Of a DNA stretch of 64,000 nucleotides, positions 37,683 to 45,799 are shown in pieces. A program made the position numbers and the translations under genes. How positions within the stretch are numbered: position 1 is the first letter of the stretch; each line of letters begins with the position of its first letter. Source of the DNA: Vampirovibrionia bacterium (lineage in GTDB: Bacteria > Cyanobacteriota > Vampirovibrionia > LMEP-6097); contig JBMOEX010000001.1 in the NCBI GenBank assembly GCA_049314535.1, positions 404-64,403 on the forward strand, written 5' to 3'. The notes below the pieces were generated by a model. The model ran no database searches. It had not been told where the DNA came from and worked only from the letters and a program-made list of their open reading frames with translations.

Positions 37683-38876
37683 TTAATATCCTACTAATTC
37701 CATGTAACCTTTGCCTGTGATTTTATTTTTACTAAACTCGCCATTAACTTCTATGGCTCCTTCATAATATGGATAATTATTCTGATGCTCCTGCTCTTTT
37801 AGCAGAGGTTTAATTTTAACTTTTAGATCTAGTTTCGGAATTTCCATAGTCCAAGAAATTGGATATTCAGCACCACTATATTTACTTTTAAATTTTTCGG
37901 TACTGCTAAGAATTATATCTTGAGCTGTAAATGGGTGTTTTTCACCAGCCGCATCTATGATAACACCACCACTGTGTGTTAGATCCGTATTGTTGTCTTG
38001 ATCTCTAAGTCTGTAGTACATTATTTCGACATTGTTTTCTAATTGTAAAGCGAACCAATCCCAGCCAGCTAAAGTATCTCCGAGTGAACTTGTGCTAAAT
38101 TCTCTGTCTAACCAACTAAATCCTTTAACTTTAAATACCTGATCTCCGATTTGTATTTTTCCTTTACTGGCTAGTTTCGAGATTGAATAATAGTATGAAG
38201 CATTACCAGCACCATTACTTTTTTGGCTTAAACCATCAAGACCCTGCAATGTAATCGGTTTAACTGGTTTTAAATTTAGTTTCATGCTGACACCCTTATC
38301 CTGAGCTCTAAGGATTATGGGGAAAATATTTTCAGTAGTAGCTTTAGGACTTGATTGAATAGACCAATTTTTAACCCAGACTTTATAAGGATTTATCCTA
38401 GCTCCAGCCTGTCCTAAGCTTTCCCTGCCTAGTTTTTCAAAAGAATAGAATTTTTTATTGTGAATATCAGTAATAGCAAAGTGAGCCATATAGATCTCTT
38501 TAGTTTGCCAATTATTTAAGACGTTTTTCTTATCTTCTGCATCAAAAATAGGCTCCAACCCGTTTCTGAAGATAGTTAATTGATAGCCGAATTGGTGACC
38601 ATTAGCATCTTCTAAGTTTCCAGTATAATACCACCATTCAGTTTTAAATTCCTCGTGACTACCATGATCTTGTGGGAAACTGAAATCATAGGGATCTAAT
38701 GCTTTAGCAAACTTAGTGTCTATTTCTTCATGTTTCAGTAATTCGCTAGGTTTTTGAAGCTTAAAACGTCTTTCATTAAAAGCTGTATTTGAAAAGAATT
38801 TAGAGCCTAAAAATACAAGAATGAGCACTAAGCTAGAGATTAAAATTATTGCTAATTTAGAATTTTTTTTCTTCAT
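37683..38876 (-). CDS. AttH/CrtC-like lipocalin-fold lipoprotein associated with the ABC transporter
   Basis: 397 aa. Signal/anchor N-terminus. ..EWWYYTGNLEDANGHQFGYQLTIFRNG.. resembles the AttH/hydroxyneurosporene-synthase family motif. It is co-oriented with the FtsX permease and ATPase, as in attEFGH operons. Confidence 0.5.
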   Translation of the reverse strand: MKKKNSKLAIILISSLVLILVFLGSKFFSNTAFNERRFKLQKPSELLKHEEIDTKFAKALDPYDFSFPQDHGSHEEFKTEWWYYTGNLEDANGHQFGYQLTIFRNGLEPIFDAEDKKNVLNNWQTKEIYMAHFAITDIHNKKFYSFEKLGRESLGQAGARINPYKVWVKNWSIQSSPKATTENIFPIILRAQDKGVSMKLNLKPVKPITLQGLDGLSQKSNGAGNASYYYSISKLASKGKIQIGDQVFKVKGFSWLDREFSTSSLGDTLAGWDWFALQLENNVEIMYYRLRDQDNNTDLTHSGGVIIDAAGEKHPFTAQDIILSSTEKFKSKYSGAEYPISWTMEIPKLDLKVKIKPLLKEQEHQNNYPYYEGAIEVNGEFSKNKITGKGYMELVGY

Positions 38877-41657
38877 CTAAAATGCTTCATCCTTTTCTAA
38901 TTCCCTTGGTGAGACTTTGGATTGAGTCTGGCTTGGGAAGATCGCTGCGATTAAGGCTGCTGTTACTGATATTAGAGTTGCAAGCAGTATACTCTTAAAA
39001 TCGAGTGAGAAATTAATATCCCAACCGAAGGAGCGATGATTTATAACAAAAATCATTACCCAAGCGGAAGCAATGCCAAGTGGTATCGCAAAGATACTGG
39101 ATAGTAATCCCATTGTAAAGGCTTGTAAGGAAATTGATCTTTGAATGTCTTGCTTAGACATTCCTAAAGCTTTTAAAAGAGCGAATTCTTTTTCTCTTTC
39201 AATAATCAAGGATAGCAAAGCACTGAATATGCCAAAAGCGGCTACTATCACTGCGATGATCTTTAATGCTGATGTTACTCTAAATGTTCTATCGAAAATC
39301 TCTAAAGATTCTTTGAGAAGTTCTTTGTTTGAGCGTATATCAAAGAAAGTCGGAGAAAGGCTTTCTTCAGCAGCTTTGATTTTATAAGCTTCGATATAAG
39401 TTTTTATTTTATCTAGTTTTGGATTATTTTTTTTATTCGTAAGTAGGGACCACTGCACAACTCCATTTTCTGCGTTTTCGTTGTCATTTGTTTTTTTTAC
39501 TTCTGTGGATTCTTTTAGGAAAATACCAAGCGAGCTTAAATTAGGATCTTCCCACAGTGAGCGATATAGGTCTTGATGCATCATTAAAAGACCTTGATCA
39601 GAGCTGTAATCATTAAATATTCCCAAGATGGTAAATGTCTGTAATCCTTTGTCTGTTTGAAGTTTCACTCGATCATTGCATCTAACTTTATGCTTGTAGG
39701 CATAGGGAGCAGAAGCAATAAGACCTTGGCCTTTATCAAATTTATTCCAAATATCTTTAGTAGATTCTTTGAAAGTAAAAGAATTTTTTACGATAGGTAG
39801 GGAATTTATGCTCGCCACTCTAGTTGAGCCATATTGGGCGTGTAGCGGAACTCCAATTTCTGCGTTTTCGTCGTCCTCATGATCCTCATGTACTCCCAGT
39901 ACATTCCGGTCATTCGTCCTCCTCAGCCTTGAACTTGTTCGTTCGGCTACACGCCCATATTCACCAATTACATCTCGCAAGTGATATTCACTAATACCTA
40001 TTATGTCTTCAGTCTGAAAGGTTTTGGTGAATTCTATTACTTTATTATTCAATGTTATATGGTTACGATGTGACACTTGTTTGGGAGTGGATATGTAAAT
40101 GTCTGCAAATAAAGAAGCTGAAAGCCAGTCTTCTACAGTATTTCGGAAACTATTGATTGCGATATCGAGTGAAAGGTAGAGAGAGATAGCTACTGTCAGT
40201 GCTGCAATCGCTATAGCGTTACGGCTAAGATTCTTTTTAAGACTTCTTAGTGATATTAAAGAAGCTAATCCAAAAGTGTTTCTATAAAGCGGCTCTAAAA
40301 TGTAATCGCTATGATAGGTGAGAAATGGTATGAAGCAGCTAAATCCAATAACCATTATAAATAAGCCAAAAAAGCAAGCTGAGATATTTTTTTCAAAAAT
40401 CAGAAACAGTAATAGTGATAAAGAAATTAAAACTAAGCCTGCAATATTTAATTTTGGAAGATATTTTTTGACTGTCTCTTCAATGTCTATATTCTTTATA
40501 ACTTTAGTCACCGGACTGTTACTAGCTTCGTAAGCAGGTACTAGCGCTGATAACAATGCCGCAAATACACCTATTAATCCAGCTTTGAGAAATGTGATAT
40601 TACTGATATGTATCTGGCTTACTTGTAAAACAAAATAAAGATCATTAATAGTTCTTACGATAAAGCTTAAAAGAACGTTAGCGAGTAGGTAGCCTAATCC
40701 GATGCCTATCAGTGAACCGATTATTGCAAATAGCAGTGATTCAAATATTATTAAAGAAAAAATTTCTTTTTGACTGACGCCGATTGTTCTGAGAAAGCCA
40801 AATATTTTGCGACGCTGAAGAACCGCAAATGTCATAGTGTTATAAATTAAAAAGATGCCAACCAGCATAGCTAAAAGACTTAGAGCACTAAGATTAGCAT
40901 TGAAGGATTTAGTCATGGATTCTTGAGCTTGATTGCGTTCTGAGGATTTAATTAAAACTAGACTAGGATCTATAGCAAAGAGTATATTTTTTAACTCATT
41001 CTCTTCTTCTGGCTTCAGAATTAAATCTATTCTGCTTATATAGTTTTGTAATTTTAATAATTCTTGAGCTGTAGATATATCCATGAACAGCAAGTTATCA
41101 AGGGACGTACTAGCTGGGGCGTTATCTGAATCAATTAGACCATAAAGTTTTAGGCGATAGGTTTCGTCATTTTGATCTATCAGTAAAGGATCTCCAGGCA
41201 GAATTCTAAATTTCTCTGCAGTATGCTTTGTGGTGAAAAAACCTTCTAGCTTATTAATAAAAGCTGATGGATTATATTGCTTTCTGGAATTGAACTCTTT
41301 AAAAATACTTCTAAAAGCTATATCACTGAAGGGATCTATACCAATAACCTTGAGCAAACGATTATTCTTAGTGACGAAACCTTCTATAAGAGGAGTTACT
41401 GTGAGTTTATATTTATTCTCTAAATTGACAACCAGCTCTTCGTCTATTTTCCCTCCATTATTAATAATATGGTGAGTAGCTTTGCCATTTATAATTTCAG
41501 TGGAAAGCTCAAACGATTTTTTAGCAGATTCTATCGCTAAGTCTGTGGCTGTGATAATTGCGACAGAAAGAACTATGCCAGTTATTAAAGAAGCGAATTG
41601 CCAGATGTTTTTAGTTAAGAATCTAATACTTGAAAGATATAGTGATTTAGTTAACAA
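38877..41657 (-). CDS. ABC transporter permease with two FtsX domains (MacB/YbbP-like), carrying two in-frame repeat insertions
   Basis: 926 aa. Two FtsX-type 4-TM modules with large extracytoplasmic domains. Inserted peptides are ..NENAENGVVQWSL.. and ..YGRVAERTSSRLRRTNDRNVLGVHEDHEDDENAEIGVPLHAQYG.. . Confidence 0.75.
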   Translation of the reverse strand: MLTKSLYLSSIRFLTKNIWQFASLITGIVLSVAIITATDLAIESAKKSFELSTEIINGKATHHIINNGGKIDEELVVNLENKYKLTVTPLIEGFVTKNNRLLKVIGIDPFSDIAFRSIFKEFNSRKQYNPSAFINKLEGFFTTKHTAEKFRILPGDPLLIDQNDETYRLKLYGLIDSDNAPASTSLDNLLFMDISTAQELLKLQNYISRIDLILKPEEENELKNILFAIDPSLVLIKSSERNQAQESMTKSFNANLSALSLLAMLVGIFLIYNTMTFAVLQRRKIFGFLRTIGVSQKEIFSLIIFESLLFAIIGSLIGIGLGYLLANVLLSFIVRTINDLYFVLQVSQIHISNITFLKAGLIGVFAALLSALVPAYEASNSPVTKVIKNIDIEETVKKYLPKLNIAGLVLISLSLLLFLIFEKNISACFFGLFIMVIGFSCFIPFLTYHSDYILEPLYRNTFGLASLISLRSLKKNLSRNAIAIAALTVAISLYLSLDIAINSFRNTVEDWLSASLFADIYISTPKQVSHRNHITLNNKVIEFTKTFQTEDIIGISEYHLRDVIGEYGRVAERTSSRLRRTNDRNVLGVHEDHEDDENAEIGVPLHAQYGSTRVASINSLPIVKNSFTFKESTKDIWNKFDKGQGLIASAPYAYKHKVRCNDRVKLQTDKGLQTFTILGIFNDYSSDQGLLMMHQDLYRSLWEDPNLSSLGIFLKESTEVKKTNDNENAENGVVQWSLLTNKKNNPKLDKIKTYIEAYKIKAAEESLSPTFFDIRSNKELLKESLEIFDRTFRVTSALKIIAVIVAAFGIFSALLSLIIEREKEFALLKALGMSKQDIQRSISLQAFTMGLLSSIFAIPLGIASAWVMIFVINHRSFGWDINFSLDFKSILLATLISVTAALIAAIFPSQTQSKVSPRELEKDEAF
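39446..39486. repeat. partial palindromic element copy (left arm plus core), in-frame in the permease CDS
   Basis: gggaccactgcacaactccattttctgcgttttcgttgtc matches the 23595 copy apart from one arm mismatch and loss of the right arm. Confidence 0.65.
39836..39956. repeat. 121-nt composite palindromic element with perfect 11-bp terminal inverted repeats, in-frame in the permease CDS
   Basis: Terminal inverted repeats gggcgtgtagc and gctacacgccc are perfect. Internal segments recur at 4010..4036 (core), 19320..19346 (MutL) and 575..603 (amidase). Confidence 0.7.
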
Positions 41658-41672
41658 AGCAAAGTTTTCCCT

Positions 41673-42365
41673 TTAAATGTGCTCTAGAGATATAAAATGC
41701 TTGTTCTCTAGATATAAAACCCGATCAGCATATCTTTTAAGATTTTGATCATGGCTAACTAATATGGTAGTCGGTCTATATTCCTCTCTGAGAGTCTGAA
41801 TGAGATTCATGACTATTTCAGCTGTCTCTTGATCTAGGTTTCCAGTAGGCTCATCTCCTAAGAGATAGCTAGGCTTATGAGCGAGTGCTCTTACCGTAGC
41901 GACTCGTTGTTGTTCGCCACCAGAAAGCTTCTCTGGAAAATCTTTTAAGCGATTAATCAAGCCTACGGTCTTGAGCATAGCTAGTGTGAATTCAATATTT
42001 TCTGGGGTGTTTATACCATTTAATTCAAGCGGAAATAAAATATTTTCCTCTACGGTAAGTGTAGGTATTAGGTTATAGCTCTGAAATATAAGTCCGATAT
42101 TCTTTCTTCTAAATAAAGTTCTCTCATTTTCTGAGATTCTTGCTAAATCTAAGTCTCCGACCAATAGTGAGCCAGTGTCAACTGTATCTATGCCGCTGAT
42201 TAAATTGAGGAAAGTTGATTTTCCTGAGCCACTCGCTCCGAAAATAATAGTAAAACTACCAGGGTCGATTTTTACGCTAAGGTGACTAAATACTAGATGA
42301 ACTCTTTCATCAGCTTCATAAAAGGATTTGGATATATTGTCTGCGATTATCAAGGCATTATCCAT
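41673..42365 (-). CDS. ABC transporter ATP-binding protein (LolD/MacB-type)
   Basis: 230 aa, Walker A GASGSGKST, signature LSGGEQQR, Walker B ..LLGDEPTGNLD.. . Confidence 0.85.
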   Translation of the reverse strand: MDNALIIADNISKSFYEADERVHLVFSHLSVKIDPGSFTIIFGASGSGKSTFLNLISGIDTVDTGSLLVGDLDLARISENERTLFRRKNIGLIFQSYNLIPTLTVEENILFPLELNGINTPENIEFTLAMLKTVGLINRLKDFPEKLSGGEQQRVATVRALAHKPSYLLGDEPTGNLDQETAEIVMNLIQTLREEYRPTTILVSHDQNLKRYADRVLYLENKHFISLEHI

Positions 42366-42424
42366 TTTCTCACATATTCTTAGGAATTGAAAACTTTATG
42401 GTTATTTTGGGCATGATATTTATT

Positions 42425-43960
42425 ATGTCAGACTGGACTGCTGGATATATTGCTGATATTGGTTATACATTTGGATATTATCCAGAACTCAATCCCTTAG
42501 CGGTAAAATTGGCTTTTTTGTTTTCTGGCTTAAGCTATCCTAAATTTTCTTCAGCTTGTGAGCTTGGTTTTGGACAAGGCTTATCTGTGAATATTCATGC
42601 AGCTGGCTCTAGTATTCAATGGTATGGTACGGACTTTAATCCATCTCAGGCAGCGTTCGCTCAAGATTTAGCTTCGATTTCTGGAGCTGAAACTAAGCTT
42701 TATGACGATTCTTTTGATGTTTTCTGTTCTAGAGATGATTTGCCAAATTTTGACTTTATTGGTTTGCATGGTATCTGGAGCTGGGTTTCTGAAGAAAATC
42801 AAGCGACTATCGTGGATTTTCTTCGCAGGAAGCTAAATGTGGGTGGAGTTCTGTATATTAGTTACAATACTCAACCAGGTTGGTCAGCAATGGCACCAAT
42901 TCGTCATCTCCTTTCTGAACACGCTGAAGTTATGGCTGCACCAGGGCGCGGCATATTGTCACGAGTTGATGCTGCATTTGATTTTGTCAGTTCATTCTTG
43001 AATGTGAATCCTGGTTTCTTGAGAGCGAATCCATCAATTGTAGATAAATTAAAGAGAGTAAAGGGGCAAAATCAGCGTTACCTTGCACATGAGTATTTTA
43101 ATCGCGATTGGCGACCGACTTATTTTGCTGAAATGGTTAAATTACTTGAGCCTGCTAAATTAAGTTTTGCTTGTTCTGCTTCTTATTCTGATCATATTAG
43201 CGCTTTGCATTTAACTCAAGAACAGCAGAATTTCCTGAAAGACATTCCTGATGATGATTTCAGGGAATCGGTGCGTGATTTTATTGTAAATAGGCAGTTT
43301 AGGCGTGATTACTGGGTTAAGGGTGCTAGAAAGCTTTCTGCACAGGAGCAGTTAAAGAAATTAAGGAAAATTCGTATTTTACTGGTAGTAAATAAAGATG
43401 ATGTGGATTCTAAGATCAAGAGTAGTATTGTTGGAGCCAATATTCAAGAAGCAGTTTTTACTCCTTTAATGGCAGCCTTAGCTAAACATCAGCTCTTCTC
43501 TTTATCAGAATTAGAGATTTTACTTCAGGAAGACAAAGTCAGTATGAAGAGTTTAGTACAGGCTGTGATGATTTTAATTTCAGGGGGGTATGTCGTTATT
43601 GCTCAGGATGAAGAATTGGTGAATAATTGTAAGGAAAGAGCTGTTAAGTTTAATCAACATATTTTAGACGAAACTGAAGGTAACGATGATATTAACTTTA
43701 TAGTGAGTCCAGTTACAGGTAGCGGCATTCACGTTAATCGTTTTGAGAGGTTGTTTATAAAATATATTAAGCTAGGTATTATTGATCCAAGTGAATGGTC
43801 TCAAAAAGTGTGGGCATTACTATCTTCTCATAACCAAAAATTACTAAAGGATGGTAAGACTTTAGAGTCTAATGAAGAGAATCTTGCTGAGATATTTAGG
43901 CAGGCAAATGAATTCTTGTCTAAGCGTGTGCCGATAATGGAGGCTTTGCAGATAATTTAA
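42425..43960 (+). CDS. class I SAM-dependent methyltransferase with a C-terminal regulatory-like domain
   Basis: Start placed at MSDWTAGY.. . Motif I is ..ELGFGQGLSVNIHAA.. . ..GGVLYISYN.. is present. The extension of about 300 aa is all-helical. Confidence 0.5.
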   Translation: MSDWTAGYIADIGYTFGYYPELNPLAVKLAFLFSGLSYPKFSSACELGFGQGLSVNIHAAGSSIQWYGTDFNPSQAAFAQDLASISGAETKLYDDSFDVFCSRDDLPNFDFIGLHGIWSWVSEENQATIVDFLRRKLNVGGVLYISYNTQPGWSAMAPIRHLLSEHAEVMAAPGRGILSRVDAAFDFVSSFLNVNPGFLRANPSIVDKLKRVKGQNQRYLAHEYFNRDWRPTYFAEMVKLLEPAKLSFACSASYSDHISALHLTQEQQNFLKDIPDDDFRESVRDFIVNRQFRRDYWVKGARKLSAQEQLKKLRKIRILLVVNKDDVDSKIKSSIVGANIQEAVFTPLMAALAKHQLFSLSELEILLQEDKVSMKSLVQAVMILISGGYVVIAQDEELVNNCKERAVKFNQHILDETEGNDDINFIVSPVTGSGIHVNRFERLFIKYIKLGIIDPSEWSQKVWALLSSHNQKLLKDGKTLESNEENLAEIFRQANEFLSKRVPIMEALQII

Positions 43961-44042
43961 ATATTTAACTCAACCTAGTCACCTAAGATAATAATCCCTT
44001 TAACGCTTTATTAAAGATATTTTGCTTTAATAAATTCGGAGT

Positions 44043-44642
44043 GTGTTAAGTGTGGATATAAATATTGGGGGCATCGGTCTTAACGATGCTCTGTATCTGA
44101 ATAATCATGTATTAGAGGAGTTTGAAAATTCTCTGTATGATACTGCTCTGTCTGTTATTTCGGGGAATGCTTTGGAACCTTTAGTAGAGCTCAATCTTAA
44201 TGTAAATGAATCTGTTGTGGAATTGGTTGCAGGCGCTACTGCCTTCGAGTCTTTTCCTGAATTGGTTGATGATCCATTCCTTAATCATGTATCTATGCTT
44301 CAGTCTCTGATTGATTCTAAGCTTGAGTTGAACGATTCTGAATCTAAATCTTCAGCTCAGAAAATTTCTAAGCACGGTAAGTTTTTAGGAGTTAATGTTG
44401 AGGCTTATCAATCCAGATTGGATTCTTGTAAAGTACTCATAATGGATGAATTATCTAAAGGTGATAAATTGGATTTGAAAAAACTTCAACTCTTAGAAGC
44501 AAAGAGAACTAATCTAGAAAATTCTATTCAAGCAATTGAGAATGGTCGAAACTCTATTATTGGTTCTACTCAGAGAGATCCTTATCTTCAGCGTCACATT
44601 GATGAAATTCTTGCTACTGTGGCTCCCTTAAATGTATCTTAA
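44043..44642 (+). CDS. hypothetical protein
   Basis: 199 aa, acidic, no motif. Confidence 0.35.
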   Translation: MLSVDINIGGIGLNDALYLNNHVLEEFENSLYDTALSVISGNALEPLVELNLNVNESVVELVAGATAFESFPELVDDPFLNHVSMLQSLIDSKLELNDSESKSSAQKISKHGKFLGVNVEAYQSRLDSCKVLIMDELSKGDKLDLKKLQLLEAKRTNLENSIQAIENGRNSIIGSTQRDPYLQRHIDEILATVAPLNVS

Positions 44643-45797
44643 TATTTCACTAATTACGAAACGCGTGTGTGCGTAACTTAGTCCACCTTGGAAATACGCT
44701 ATATAAGGGGGACGCATTGGGCCATCTACGGAAAGCTCTATGCTAGAACCTTCTACAAAAGAGCCAGACGCCATAATGACTTGATCTGGGTATCCTGATA
44801 TGTCAGCTGGGATTGGGCTAAACATCGAATTTACTGGGCTATTTTTCTGCACTAGTTCACAGAATTTAATTAATTTTTCTGGATCATTAAATTTGATGGC
44901 TTGTATCACATCATTTCTGTCAGCTGAGTATTCAGGGATGGTTTCTAACCCTGCCTCTGTAAAAACTTTAGCTGCAAGGCTCATGCCTTTTAATGCTTCG
45001 CAGACTACTGATGGTGCAAGAAAAAATCCTTGAAGCATAAGTCTATTCTGGTCAAAGTTACAGCCACCATGAATGCCAATGCCTGGGGCTGTTAACACAT
45101 CAGCAGCGGCTTCTACGCATGATTTTTTTCCAGCTATATAAGCACCAGCTGCAACTATGCCACCACCAGGGTTTTTAATTAAAGAGCCAGCCATAATATC
45201 AGCACCGATATCCGTAGGCTCTAATATTTGAGTGAATTCACCATAACAGTTATCTACGAAAATAACTGCTGAAGGAGACTTTAATCTTATTTCTTGAATA
45301 AGGGTTTTAATATGAGTTAATGTGTAACTGTCTCGCCATTCATAGCCCCTGGATCTCTGTATGAGAGCGACTTTGGTGTTAGGAGAGAGTTTGTCTTTAC
45401 CTTCTAGATATTTAATTTTATATTTTTCTTGAAAACTCTGAAACACACTATTTAAGGTATCGTAGGGCTTACCTGTAACAGCCACCAGTTCATCTCCAGA
45501 AGAGAGATTGCCTAATACCGCACAGCTGATAGCGTGAGTGCCAGATACTAATTGGTTTCTAACTATTGCAGCTTCGGTATTGAAGCATGTGGCGAAAAGC
45601 TCATCTAGTTTATCTTTGCCGAGGTCATCATAGCCGTAACCAGTTACCCACCCATAGTGTACATTCTGAATGCCTACTGTTTGGAATGCTTTTAAAACTT
45701 TTATTTGGTTATGATTACGGATTTCCTCGAATCTTTCCCAAGTTTTTTTTAGTTCTTTTTCTGCTGATAAAATAAGATCTTCTTGAATCGTGAGCAT
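44628..45797 (-). CDS. PLP-dependent methionine gamma-lyase-family protein (YnbB / aluminium-resistance-protein-like)
   Basis: 389 aa. ..YGWVTGYGYDDLGKDKLDELFA..EAAIVRNQLVSGTHAI.. matches the family N-terminal signature. Confidence 0.6.
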   Translation of the reverse strand: MLTIQEDLILSAEKELKKTWERFEEIRNHNQIKVLKAFQTVGIQNVHYGWVTGYGYDDLGKDKLDELFATCFNTEAAIVRNQLVSGTHAISCAVLGNLSSGDELVAVTGKPYDTLNSVFQSFQEKYKIKYLEGKDKLSPNTKVALIQRSRGYEWRDSYTLTHIKTLIQEIRLKSPSAVIFVDNCYGEFTQILEPTDIGADIMAGSLIKNPGGGIVAAGAYIAGKKSCVEAAADVLTAPGIGIHGGCNFDQNRLMLQGFFLAPSVVCEALKGMSLAAKVFTEAGLETIPEYSADRNDVIQAIKFNDPEKLIKFCELVQKNSPVNSMFSPIPADISGYPDQVIMASGSFVEGSSIELSVDGPMRPPYIAYFQGGLSYAHTRFVISEILRYI

Positions 45798-45799
45798 AT

